Source: Eledone cirrhosa
Taxonomy: Eukaryota
Assembly (NCBI GenBank): GCA_964016885.1
Contig: OZ024742.1
Span: forward strand, 348,874,001-348,938,000
Direction of reading: 5' to 3'
DNA: 64,000 nt
The position numbers and the translations under genes are program-made. The notes under the pieces are model-generated. The model did no database searches. It saw nothing but the letters and a program-made list of their open reading frames with translations, and had not been told where the DNA came from. Of this stretch, positions 45,700 to 60,340 are shown piece after piece; position 1 is the stretch's first letter; each line of letters starts with the position of its first letter.

Positions 45700-48600
45700 T
45701 ATGGCGACATTATTGACAATGTAAAGCTCTCTATGTCTCAATATGGCGACATTATTGACACAGTGTAATGCTCTCTATGTCTCAATATGGTGACATTATT
45801 GACAGTGTAAAGCTCTCTATGTCTCAATATGGTGACATTATTGACACAGTGTAAAGCTCTCTATGTCTCAATATGGCGACATTATTGACACAGTGTAAAG
45901 CTCTCTATGTCTCAATATGGTGACATTATTGACAATGTAAAGCTTCTATGTCTCAATATGGTGAGATTATTGACACGTTGTAAAGCTCTCTATGTCTCAA
46001 TATGGTGATATTATTGACAGTGTAAAGCTCTCTATGTCTCAATATGGTGACATTATTAACACATTGTAAAGCTCTCTATGTCTCAATATGGTGACATTAA
46101 TGACAGTGTAAAGCTCTGTATGTCTGAATATGGCGACATTATTGACACAGTGTAAAGCTCTGTATGTCTCAATATGGCGACATTATTGATACAGTGTAAA
46201 GCTCTCTATGTCTCAATATGGCGACATTATTGACAGTGTAAAGCTCTCTATGTCTCAATATGGCGACATTATTGACAATGTAAAGCTCTCTATGTCTCAA
46301 TATGGTGACATTATTGACACAGTGTAAAGTACTCTATGTCTCAATATGGTGACATTATTGACAGTGTAAAGCTCTCTATGTCTCAATATGGCGACATTAT
46401 TGGCAATGTAAAGCTCTCTATGTCTCAATATGGTGACATTATTGACACATTGTAAAGCTCTCTATGTTTCAATATGGTGACATCATTGACATTGTTAAGC
46501 TCTGTATGTCTCAATATGGTGACATTATTGACAGTGTAAAGCTTCTATGTCTCAATATGGTGACATTATTGACAGTGTAAAGCTTCTATGTCTCAATATG
46601 GTGAGATTATTGACACAATGTAAAACTCTCTATGTCTCAATATGGTGAGATTATTGACAGTGTAAAGCTCTCTATGTCTTAATATGGCGACATTATTGAC
46701 AGTGTAAAGCTCTCTATGTCTCAATATGGTGACATTATTGACAGTGTAAAGCTCTCTATGTCTCAATATAGTGACATTATTGACACATTGTAAAGCTCTC
46801 TATGTTTCAATATGGTGACATTATTGACAGTGTAAAGCTCTCTATGTCTCAATATGGTGACATTATCGACAGTGTAAAGCTCTCTATGTCTCAATATGGC
46901 GACATTATTGACACAGTGTAAAGCTCTGTATGTCTCAATATGGCGACATTATTGATACAGTGTAAAGCTCTCTATGTCTCAATATGGCGACATTATTGAC
47001 AGTGTAAAGCTCTCTATGTCTCAATTCTATGTCTCAATATGGTGAGATTATTGACACAGTGTAAAGCTCTCTATGTCTCAATATGGCGACATTATTGACA
47101 GTGTAAAGATTTCTATGTCTCAATATGGCGACATTATTGACAGTGTAAAGCTTACTATGTCTCAATATGGTTACATTATTGACAGTGTAAAGCTCTCTAT
47201 GTCTCAATATGGCGACATTATTGACAATGTAAAGCTCTCTATGTCTCAATATGGCGACATTATTGACAGTGTAAAGCTCTCTATGTCTCAATATGGTGAC
47301 ATTGTTGACAGTGTAAAGCTCTCTATGTCTCAATATGGGGACATTATTGACACAGTATAAAGCTCTCTATGTCTCAATATGGTGACGTTATTGACAAAGT
47401 GTAAAGCTCTCTATGTCTCAATATGGTAACATTATTGACACAGTGTAAAGCTCTCTATGTCTCAATATGGTGACATTATTGACAATGTAAAGCTCTCTAT
47501 GTCCCAATATTCTGACATTATTGACACATTGTAAAGCTCTGTATGTCTCAATATGGTGACATTATTGACAGTGTAAAGCTTCTATGTCTCAATATGTTGA
47601 CATTATTGACACATTGTAAAGCTCTCTGTGTCTCAATATGGTGACATTATTGACGGTGTAAAGCTCTCTATGTCTGAATATGGCGACATTATTGACAACG
47701 TAAAGCTCTCTATGTCTCAATATGGTGACATTATTGACAGTGTAAAGCCCTCTATGTCTCAATATGGTGACATCATTGACACAGTGTAAAGCTCTCTATG
47801 TCTCAATATGGCGACATTATTGATACAGTGAAAAGCTCTCTATGTCTCAATATGGCGACATTATTGACAATGTAAAGCTCTCTATGTCTCAATATGGCGA
47901 CATTATTGACAATATAAAGCTCTCTATGTCTCAATATGTTGACATTATTGACAGTGTAATTCTTTCTATGTCTCAATATGATGACATTGTTAACACTGTA
48001 ATGCTCTCTATGTCTCAATATGGCGACGTTATTGATACAGTGTGAAGCTCTCTATGTCTCAATATGGTGACATTATTGACACAGTGTAAAGCTCTCTGTC
48101 TCAATATGGTGACATTATTGACACAGTGTAAAGCTCTCTATGTCTCAATATGGCGACATTATTGACACAGTGTAAGGCTCTCTATGTCTCAATATGGCGA
48201 CATTATTGATACAGTATAAAGCTCTCTATGTCTAAATATGGCGACATTATTGACAGTGTAAAGCTCTCTATGTCTCAATATGGCGACATTATTGACGATG
48301 TAATGCTCTCTATGTCTCAATATGGTGACATTATAGACAGTGTAAAGCTCTCCATGTCTCAATATGGTGACATTGTTGACACTGTAAAACTCTCTATGTC
48401 TCAATATGGTGACATTATTGATACAGTGTAAAGCTCTCTAAGTCTCAATATGGTGACATTATTGACACTGTGTAAAGCTCTCTATGTCTCAATATGGTGA
48501 CATTATTGACACAGTGTAAAGCTCTCTGTGTCTCAATATGGCGACATTATAGACAATGTAAAGCTCTCTATGTCTCAATATGGCGACATTATTGACACAG

Positions 48601-51600
48601 TTTAAAGCTCTCTATGTCTCAATATGGTGAAATTATTGACAGTGTAAAGCTCTCTATGTCTCAATATGGCGACGTTATTGACACAGTGTAAAGCTCTGTA
48701 TGTCTCAATATGGCGACATTACTGATACAGTGAAAAGCTCTCTATGTCTCAATATGGCGACATTATTGACAATGTAAAGCTCTCTATGTCTCAATAAATG
48801 TGACATTATTGACAGTGTAAAGCTCTGTATGTCTCAATATGGTGACATTATTGACAGTGTAAAGCTTCTATGTCTCAATATGGTGACATTATTGACAGTG
48901 TAAACCTCTCTATGACTCAATATGGTGACATTAATGACACAGTGTAAAGCTCTCTATGTCTCAATATGGTCACATTATTGACACAGTGTAAAGCTCTCTA
49001 TGTCTCAATCTGGCGACATTATTGACAATGTAAAGCTCTCTATGTCTCAATATGGCGACATTATTGACACAGTGTAATGCTCTCTATGTCTCAATATGGT
49101 GACATTATTGACAGTGTAAAGCTCTCTATGTCTCAATATGGTGACATTATTGACACAGTGTAAAGCCCTCTATGTCTCAATATGGCGACATTATTGACAC
49201 AGTGTAAAGCTCTCTATGTCTCAATATGGTGACATTATTGACAATGTAAAGCTTCTATGTCTCAATATGGTGAGATTATTGACACGTTGTAAAGCTCTCT
49301 ATGTCTCAATATGGTGATATTATTGACAGTGTAAAGCTCTCTATGTCTCAATATGGTGACATTATTAACACATTGTAAAGCTCTCTATGTCTCAATATGG
49401 TGACATTAATGACAGTGTAAAGCTCTCTATGTCTCAATATGGCGACATTATTGACAATGTAAAGCTCTCTATGTCTCAATATGGCGACATTATTGACAGT
49501 GTAAAGCTCTCTATGTCTCAATATGGTAACATTATTGACACAGTGTAAAGCTCTCTATGTCTCAATATGGTGACATTATTGACAATGTAAAGCTCTCTAT
49601 GTCTTAATATAGTGACATTATTGACACATTGTAAAGCTCTCTATGTCTCAATATGGTGAGATTATTGACACAGTGTAAAGCTCTCTATGTCTTAATATGG
49701 TGACATTATTGACAGTGTAAAGCTCTCTATGTCTCAATATGGCGACATTATTGACAATGTAAAGCTCTCTATGTCTCAATATGGTGAGATTATTGACACG
49801 TTGTAAAGCTCTCTATGTCTCAATATGGTGACATTATTGACAGTGTAAAGCTCTCTATGTCTCAATATGGTGACATTATTAACACATTGTAAAGCTCTCT
49901 ATGTCTCAATATGGTGACATTATTGACAGTGTAAAGCTCTCTATGTCTCAATATGGCGACATTATTGACAATGTAGAGCTCTCTATGTCTCAATATGGTG
50001 ACATTATTGACAGTGTAAAGCTCTCTATGTCTCAATATAGTGACATTATTGACACATTGTAAAGCTCTCTATGTCTCAATATGATGACATTATTGACAGT
50101 GTAAAGCTCTCTATGTCTCAATATGGCGACATTATTGACAATGTAAAGCTCTCTATGTCTCAATATGGCGACATTATTGACAGTGTAAAGCTCTGTATGT
50201 CTCAATATGGTAACATTATTGACACAGTGTAAAGCTCTTTATGTCTCAATATGGTTACATTATTGACACATTTTAAAGCTCTCTATGTCTCAATATGGTG
50301 ACATTATTGACAGTGTAAAGCTCTCTATGTCTCAATATGGCGACATTATTGACACAGTGTAATGCTCTCTATGTCTCAATATGGTGACATTATTGACAGT
50401 GTAAAGCTCTCTATGTCTCAATATGGTGACATTATTGACACAGTGTAAAGCTCTCTATGTCTCAATATGGCGACATTATTGACACAGTGTAAAGCTCTCT
50501 ATGTCTCAATATGGCGACATTATTGACAATGTAAAGCTCTCTATGTCTCAATATGGCGACATTATTGACACAGTGTAATGCTCTCTATGTCTCAATATGG
50601 TGACATTATTGACAGTGTAAAGCTCTCTATGTCTCAATATGGTGACATTATTGACACAGTGTAAAGCTCTCTATGTCTCAATATGGCGACATTATTGACA
50701 CAGTGTAAGGCTCTCTATGTCTCAATATGGTGACATTATTGACAATGTAAAGCTTCTATGTCTCAATATGGTGAGATTATTGACACGTTGTAAAGCTCTC
50801 TATGTCTCAATATGGTGATATTATTGACAGTGTAAAGCTCTCTATGTCTCAATATGGTGACATTATTAACACATTGTAAAGCTCTCTATGTCTCAATATG
50901 GTGACATTAATGACAGTGTAAAGCTCTGTATGTCTGAATATGGCGACATTATTGACACAGTGTAAAGCTCTGTATGTCTCAATATGGCGACATTATTGAT
51001 ACAGTGTAAAGCTCTCTATGTCTCAATATGGCGACATTATTGACAGTGTAAAGCTCTCTATGTCTCAATATGGCGACATTATTGACAATGTAAAGCTCTC
51101 TATGTCTCAATATGGTGACATTATTGACACAGTGTAAAGTACTCTATGTCTCAATATGGTGACATTATTGACAGTGTAAAGCTCTCTATGTCTCAATATG
51201 GCGACATTATTGGCAATGTAAAGCTCTCTATGTCTCAATATGGTGACATTATTGACACATTGTAAAGCTCTCTATGTTTCAATATGGTGACATCATTGAC
51301 ATTGTTAAGCTCTGTATGTCTCAATATGGTGACATTATTGACAGTGTAAAGCTTCTATGTCTCAATATGGTGACATTATTGACAGTGTAAAGCTTCTATG
51401 TCTCAATATGGTGAGATTATTGACACAATGTAAAACTCTCTATGTCTCAATATGGTGAGATTATTGACAGTGTAAAGCTCTCTATGTCTTAATATGGCGA
51501 CATTATTGACAGTGTAAAGCTCTCTATGTCTCAATATGGTGACATCATTGACACATTGTAAAGCTCTCTATGTCTCAATATGGTGACATTATTGACAGTG

Positions 51601-54600
51601 TAAAGCTCTCTATGTCTCTATATGGCGATATTATTGACAATGTAAAGCTCTCTATGTCTCAATATGGTGACATTATTGACAGTGTAAAGCTCTCTATGTC
51701 TCAATATAGTGACATTATTGACACATTGTAAAGCTCTCTATGTTTCAATATGGTGACATTATTGACAGTGTAAAGCTCTCTATGTCTCAATATGGTGACA
51801 TTATCGACAGTGTAAAGCTCTCTATGTCTCAATATGGCGACATTATTGACACAGTGTAAAGCTCTGTATGTCTCAATATGGCGACATTATTGATACAGTG
51901 TAAAGCTCTCTATGTCTCAATATGGCGACATTATTGACAGTGTAAAGCTCTCTATGTCTCAATTCTATGTCTCAATATGGTGAGATTATTGACACAGTGT
52001 AAAGCTCTCTATGTCTCAATATGGCGACATTATTGACAGTGTAAAGATTTCTATGTCTCAATATGGCGACATTATTGACAGTGTAAAGCTTACTATGTCT
52101 CAATATGGTTACATTATTGACAGTGTAAAGCTCTCTATGTCTCAATATGGCGACATTATTGACAATGTAAAGCTCTCTATGTCTCAATATGGCGACATTA
52201 TTGACAGTGTAAAGCTCTCTATGTCTCAATATGGTGACATTGTTGACAGTGTAAAGCTCTCTATGTCTCAATATGGGGACATTATTGACACAGTATAAAG
52301 CTCTCTATGTCTCAATATGGTGACGTTATTGACAAAGTGTAAAGCTCTCTATGTCTCAATATGGTAACATTATTGACACAGTGTAAAGCTCTCTATGTCT
52401 CAATATGGTGACATTATTGACAATGTAAAGCTCTCTATGTCCCAATATTCTGACATTATTGACACATTGTAAAGCTCTGTATGTCTCAATATGGTGACAT
52501 TATTGACAGTGTAAAGCTTCTATGTCTCAATATGTTGACATTATTGACACATTGTAAAGCTCTCTGTGTCTCAATATGGTGACATTATTGACGGTGTAAA
52601 GCTCTCTATGTCTGAATATGGCGACATTATTGACAACGTAAAGCTCTCTATGTCTCAATATGGTGACATTATTGACAGTGTAAAGCCCTCTATGTCTCAA
52701 TATGGTGACATCATTGACACAGTGTAAAGCTCTCTATGTCTCAATATGGCGACATTATTGATACAGTGAAAAGCTCTCTATGTCTCAATATGGCGACATT
52801 ATTGACAATGTAAAGCTCTCTATGTCTCAATATGGCGACATTATTGACAATATAAAGCTCTCTATGTCTCAATATGTTGACATTATTGACAGTGTAATTC
52901 TTTCTATGTCTCAATATGATGACATTGTTAACACTGTAATGCTCTCTATGTCTCAATATGGCGACGTTATTGATACAGTGTGAAGCTCTCTATGTCTCAA
53001 TATGGTGACATTATTGACACAGTGTAAAGCTCTCTGTCTCAATATGGTGACATTATTGACACAGTGTAAAGCTCTCTATGTCTCAATATGGCGACATTAT
53101 TGACACAGTGTAAGGCTCTCTATGTCTCAATATGGCGACATTATTGATACAGTATAAAGCTCTCTATGTCTAAATATGGCGACATTATTGACAGTGTAAA
53201 GCTCTCTATGTCTCAATATGGCGACATTATTGACGATGTAATGCTCTCTATGTCTCAATATGGTGACATTATAGACAGTGTAAAGCTCTCCATGTCTCAA
53301 TATGGTGACATTGTTGACACTGTAAAACTCTCTATGTCTAAATATGGTGACATTATTGATACAGTGTAAAGCTCTCTAAGTCTCAATATGGTGACATTAT
53401 TGACACTGTGTAAAGCTCTCTATGTCTCAATATGGTGACATTATTGACACAGTGTAAAGCTCTCTGTGTCTCAATATGGCGACATTATAGACAATGTAAA
53501 GCTCTCTATGTCTCAATATGGCGACATTATTGACACAGTTTAAAGCTCTCTATGTCTCAATATGGTGAAATTATTGACAGTGTAAAGCTCTCTATGTCTC
53601 AATATGGCGACGTTATTGACACAGTGTAAAGCTCTGTATGTCTCAATATGGCGACATTACTGATACAGTGAAAAGCTCTCTATGTCTCAATATGGCGACA
53701 TTATTGACAATGTAAAGCTCTCTATGTCTCAATAAATGTGACATTATTGACAGTGTAAAGCTCTGTATGTCTCAATATGGTGACATTATTGACAGTGTAA
53801 AGCTTCTATGTCTCAATATGGTGACATTATTGACAGTGTAAACCTCTCTATGACTCAATATGGTGACATTAATGACACAGTGTAAAGCTCTCTATGTCTC
53901 AATATGGTCACATTATTGACACAGTGTAAAGCTCTCTATGTCTCAATCTGGCGACATTATTGACAATGTAAAGCTCTCTATGTCTCAATATGGCGACATT
54001 ATTGACACAGTGTAATGCTCTCTATGTCTCAATATGGTGACATTATTGACAGTGTAAAGCTCTCTATGTCTCAATATGGTGACATTATTGACACAGTGTA
54101 AAGCCCTCTATGTCTCAATATGGCGACATTATTGACACAGTGTAAAGCTCTCTATGTCTCAATATGGTGACATTATTGACAATGTAAAGCTTCTATGTCT
54201 CAATATGGTGAGATTATTGACACGTTGTAAAGCTCTCTATGTCTCAATATGGTGATATTATTGACAGTGTAAAGCTCTCTATGTCTCAATATGGTGACAT
54301 TATTAACACATTGTAAAGCTCTCTATGTCTCAATATGGTGACATTAATGACAGTGTAAAGCTCTCTATGTCTCAATATGGCGACATTATTGACAATGTAA
54401 AGCTCTCTATGTCTCAATATGGCGACATTATTGACAGTGTAAAGCTCTCTATGTCTCAATATGGTAACATTATTGACACAGTGTAAAGCTCTCTATGTCT
54501 CAATATGGTGACATTATTGACAATGTAAAGCTCTCTATGTCTTAATATAGTGACATTATTGACACATTGTAAAGCTCTCTATGTCTCAATATGGTGAGAT

Positions 54601-57600
54601 TATTGACACAGTGTAAAGCTCTCTATGTCTTAATATGGTGACATTATTGACAGTGTAAAGCTCTCTATGTCTCAATATGGCGACATTATTGACAATGTAA
54701 AGCTCTCTATGTCTCAATATGGTGAGATTATTGACACGTTGTAAAGCTCTCTATGTCTCAATATGGTGACATTATTGACAGTGTAAAGCTCTCTATGTCT
54801 CAATATGGTGACATTATTAACACATTGTAAAGCTCTCTATGTCTCAATATGGTGACATTATTGACAGTGTAAAGCTCTCTATGTCTCAATATGGCGACAT
54901 TATTGACAATGTAGAGCTCTCTATGTCTCAATATGGTGACATTATTGACAGTGTAAAGCTCTCTATGTCTCAATATAGTGACATTATTGACACATTGTAA
55001 AGCTCTCTATGTCTCAATATGATGACATTATTGACAGTGTAAAGCTCTCTATGTCTCAATATGGCGACATTATTGACAATGTAAAGCTCTCTATGTCTCA
55101 ATATGGCGACATTATTGACAGTGTAAAGCTCTGTATGTCTCAATATGGTAACATTATTGACACAGTGTAAAGCTCTTTATGTCTCAATATGGTTACATTA
55201 TTGACACATTTTAAAGCTCTCTATGTCTCAATATGGTGACATTATTGACAGTGTAAAGCTCTCTATGTCTTAATATGGCGACATTATTGACAATGTAAAG
55301 CTCTCTATGTCTCAATATGGTGACATTATTGACAATGTAAAGCTCTCTATGTCTCAATATGGTGACATTATTGACAGTGTAAAGCTCTCTATGTCTCAAT
55401 ATGGCGACATTATTGACAATGTAACGCTCTCTATGTCTCAATATGGTGACATTATTGATACAGTGTAAAGCTCTCTAAGTCTCAATATGGTGACATTATT
55501 GACACAGTGTAAAGCTCTCTGTCTCAATATGGTGACATTATTGACACAGTGTAAAGCTCTCTATGTCTCAATATGGTGACATTATTGACAATGTAAAGCT
55601 TCTATGTCTCAATATGGTGAGATTATTGACACGTTGTAAAGCTCTCTATGTCTCAATATGGTGATATTATTGACAGTGTAAAGCTCTCTATGTCTCAATA
55701 TGGTGACATTATTAACACATTGTAAAGCTCTCTATGTCTCAATATGGTGACATTAATGACAGTGTAAAGCTCTGTATGTCTGAATATGGCGACATTATTG
55801 ACACAGTGTAAAGCTCTGTATGTCTCAATATGGCGACATTATTGATACAGTGTAAAGCTCTCTATGTCTCAATATGGCGACATTATTGACAGTGTAAAGC
55901 TCTCTATGTCTCAATATGGCGACATTATTGACAATGTAAAGCTCTCTATGTCTCAATATGGTGACATTATTGACACAGTGTAAAGTACTCTATGTGTCAA
56001 TATGGTGACATTATTGACAGTGTAAAGCTCTCTATGTCTCAATATGGCGACATTATTGGCAATGTAAAGCTCTCTATGTCTCAATATGGTGACATTATTG
56101 ACACATTGTAAAGCTCTCTATGTTTCAATATGGTGACATCATTGACATTGTTAAGCTCTGTATGTCTCAATATGGTGACATTATTGACAGTGTAAAGCTT
56201 CTATGTCTCAATATGGTGACATTATTGACAGTGTAAAGCTTCTATGTCTCAATATGGTGAGATTATTGACACAATGTAAAACTCTCTATGTCTCAATATG
56301 GTGAGATTATTGACAGTGTAAAGCTCTCTATGTCTTAATATGGCGACATTATTGACAGTGTAAAGCTCTCTATGTCTCAATATGGTGACATCATTGACAC
56401 ATTGTAAAGCTCTCTATGTCTCAATATGGTGACATTATTGACAGTGTAAAGCTCTCTATGTCTCTATATGGCGATATTATTGACAATGTAAAGCTCTCTA
56501 TGTCTCAATATGGTGACATTATTGACAGTGTAAAGCTCTCTATGTCTCAATATAGTGACATTATTGACACATTGTAAAGCTCTCTATGTTTCAATATGGT
56601 GACATTATTGACAGTGTAAAGCTCTCTATGTCTCAATATGGTGACATTATCGACAGTGTAAAGCTCTCTATGTCTCAATATGGCGACATTATTGACACAG
56701 TGTAAAGCTCTGTATGTCTCAATATGGCGACATTATTGATACAGTGTAAAGCTCTCTATGTCTCAATATGGCGACATTATTGACAGTGTAAAGCTCTCTA
56801 TGTCTCAATTCTATGTCTCAATATGGTGAGATTATTGACACAGTGTAAAGCTCTCTATGTCTTAATATGGCGACATTATTGACAGTGTAAAGATTTCTAT
56901 GTCTCAATATGGCGACATTATTGACAGTGTAAAGCTTACTATGTCTCAATATGGTTACATTATTGACAGTGTAAAGCTCTCTATGTCTCAATATGGCGAC
57001 ATTATTGACAATGTAAAGCTCTCTATGTCTCAATATGGCGACATTATTGACAGTGTAAAGCTCTCTATGTCTCAATATGGTGACATTGTTGACAGTGTAA
57101 AGCTCTCTATGTCTCAATATGGGGACATTATTGACACAGTATAAAGCTCTCTATGTCTCAATATGGTGACGTTATTGACAAAGTGTAAAGCTCACTATGT
57201 CTCAATATGGTAACATTATTGACACAGTGTAAAGCTCTCTATGTCTCAATATGGTGACATTATTGACAATGTAAAGCTCTCTATGTCCCAATATTCTGAC
57301 ATTATTGACACATTGTAAAGCTCTGTATGTCTCAATATGGTGACATTATTGACAGTGTAAAGCTTCTATGTCTCAATATGTTGACATTATTGACACATTG
57401 TAAAGCTCTCTGTGTCTCAATATGGTGACATTATTGACGGTGTAAAGCTCTCTATGTCTGAATATGGCGACATTATTGACAACGTAAAGCTCTCTATGTC
57501 TCAATATGGTGACATTATTGACAGTGTAAAGCCCTCTATGTCTCAATATGGTGACATCATTGACACAGTGTAAAGCTCTCTATGTCTCAATATGGCGACA

Positions 57601-60340
57601 TTATTGATACAGTGAAAAGCTCTCTATGTCTCAATATGGCGACATTATTGACAATGTAAAGCTCTCTATGTCTCAATATGGCGACATTATTGACAATATA
57701 AAGCTCTCTATGTCTCAATATGTTGACATTATTGACAGTGTAATTCTTTCTATGTCTCAATATGATGACATTGTTAACACTGTAATGCTCTCTATGTCTC
57801 AATATGGCGACGATATTGATACAGTGTGAAGCTCTCTATGTCTCAATATGGTGACATTATTGACACAGTGTAAAGCTCTCTGTCTCAATATGGCGACATT
57901 ATTGACACAGTGTAAGGCTCTCTATGTCTCAATATGGCGACATTATTGATACAGTATAAAGCTCTCTATGTCTAAATATGGCGACATTATTGACAGTGTA
58001 AAGCTCTCTATGTCTCAATATGGCGACATTATTGACGATGTAATGCTCTCTATGTCTCAATATGGTGACATTATAGACAGTGTAAAGCTCTCCATGTCTC
58101 AATATGGTGACATTGTTGACACTGTAAAACTCTCTATGTCTCAATATGGTGACATTATTGATACAGTGTAAAGCTCTCTAAGTCTCAATATGGTGACATT
58201 ATTGACACTGTGTAAAGCTCTCTATGTCTCAATATGGTGACATTATTGACACAGTGTAAAGCTCTCTGTGTCTCAATATGGCGACATTATAGACAATGTA
58301 AAGCTCTCTATGTCTCAATATGGCGACATTATTGACACAGTTTAAAGCTCTCTATGTCTCAATATGGTGAAATTATTGACAGTGTAAAGCTCTCTATGTC
58401 TCAATATGGCGACGTTATTGACACAGTGTAAAGCTCTGTATGTCTCAATATGGCGACATTACTGATACAGTGAAAAGCTCTCTATGTCTCAATATGGCGA
58501 CATTATTGACAATGTAAAGCTCTCTATGTCTCAATAAATGTGACATTATTGACAGTGTAAAGCTCTGTATGTCTCAATATGGTGACATTATTGACAGTGT
58601 AAAGCTTCTATGTCTCAATATGGTGACATTATTGACAGTGTAAACCTCTCTATGACTCAATATGGTGACATTAATGACACAGTGTAAAGCTCTCTATGTC
58701 TCAATATGGTCACATTATTGACACAGTGTAAAGCTCTCTATGTCTCAATCTGGCGACATTATTGACAATGTAAAGCTCTCTATGTCTCAATATGGCGACA
58801 TTATTGACACAGTGTAATGCTCTCTATGTCTCAATATGGTGACATTATTGACAGTGTAAAGCTCTCTATGTCTCAATATGGTGACATTATTGACACAGTG
58901 TAAAGCCCTCTATGTCTCAATATGGCGACATTATTGACACAGTGTAAAGCTCTCTATGTCTCAATATGGTGACATTATTGACAATGTAAAGCTTCTATGT
59001 CTCAATATGGTGAGATTATTGACACGTTGTAAAGCTCTCTATGTCTCAATATGGTGATATTATTGACAGTGTAAAGCTCTCTATGTCTCAATATGGTGAC
59101 ATTATTAACACATTGTAAAGCTCTCTATGTCTCAATATGGTGACATTAATGACAGTGTAAAGCTCTCTATGTCTCAATATGGCGACATTATTGACAATGT
59201 AAAGCTCTCTATGTCTCAATATGGCGACATTATTGACAGTGTAAAGCTCTCTATGTCTCAATATGGTAACATTATTGACACAGTGTAAAGCTCTCTATGT
59301 CTCAATATGGTGACATTATTGACAATGTAAAGCTCTCTATGTCTTAATATAGTGACATTATTGACACATTGTAAAGCTCTCTATGTCTCAATATGGTGAG
59401 ATTATTGACACAGTGTAAAGCTCTCTATGTCTTAATATGGTGACATTATTGACAGTGTAAAGCTCTCTATGTCTCAATATGGCGACATTATTGACAATGT
59501 AAAGCTCTCTATGTCTCAATATGGTGAGATTATTGACACGTTGTAAAGCTCTCTATGTCTCAATATGGTGACATTATTGACAGTGTAAAGCTCTCTATGT
59601 CTCAATATGGTGACATTATTAACACATTGTAAAGCTCTCTATGTCTCAATATGGTGACATTATTGACAGTGTAAAGCTCTCTATGTCTCAATATGGCGAC
59701 ATTATTGACAATGTAGAGCTCTCTATGTCTCAATATGGTGACATTATTGACAGTGTAAAGCTCTCTATGTCTCAATATAGTGACATTATTGACACATTGT
59801 AAAGCTCTCTATGTCTCAATATGATGACATTATTGACAGTGTAAAGCTCTCTATGTCTCAATATGGCGACATTATTGACAATGTAAAGCTCTCTATGTCT
59901 CAATATGGCGACATTATTGACAGTGTAAAGCTCTGTATGTCTCAATATGGTAACATTATTGACACAGTGTAAAGCTCTTTATGTCTCAATATGGTTACAT
60001 TATTGACACATTTTAAAGCTCTCTATGTCTCAATATGGTGACATTATTGACAGTGTAAAGCTCTCTATGTCTTAATATGGCGACATTATTGACAATGTAA
60101 AGCTCTCTATGTCTCAATATGGTGACATTATTGACAATGTAAAGCTCTCTATGTCTCAATATGGTGACATTATTGACAGTGTAAAGCTCTCTATGTCTCA
60201 ATATGGCGACATTATTGACAATGTAACGCTCTCTATGTCTCAATATGGTGACATTATTGATACAGTGTAAAGCTCTCTAAGTCTCAATATGGTGACATTA
60301 TTGACACAGTGTAAAGCTCTCTGTCTCAATATGGTGACAT
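45700..60340. repeat. Three ~4.8-4.9-kb higher-order units in tandem
   Basis: The first-to-second offset is 4938 (47034/51972, 47803/52741, 48228/53166). The second-to-third offset is 4846 then 4802 (51972/56818, 52741/57587, 53166/57968, 55211/60013). Shared variants are CAATCTGGC, GTAATTCTT and GGCGACGTTATTGACAC. Confidence 0.9.

Noticed and set aside
168-60243. Dozens of 62-113-aa ORFs with 14-aa repeats (MSQYGDIIDSVKLS on +, LRHRELYTVNNVAI on -)
   Set aside because: A 42-bp monomer is 14 codons and happens to lack a stop in one frame per strand. The ORFs simply mark runs of 42-mers and end at 44-, 41- or 43-bp monomers. Frameshifting variants are abundant, the ORFs overlap on both strands, and there is no unique N- or C-terminal domain.
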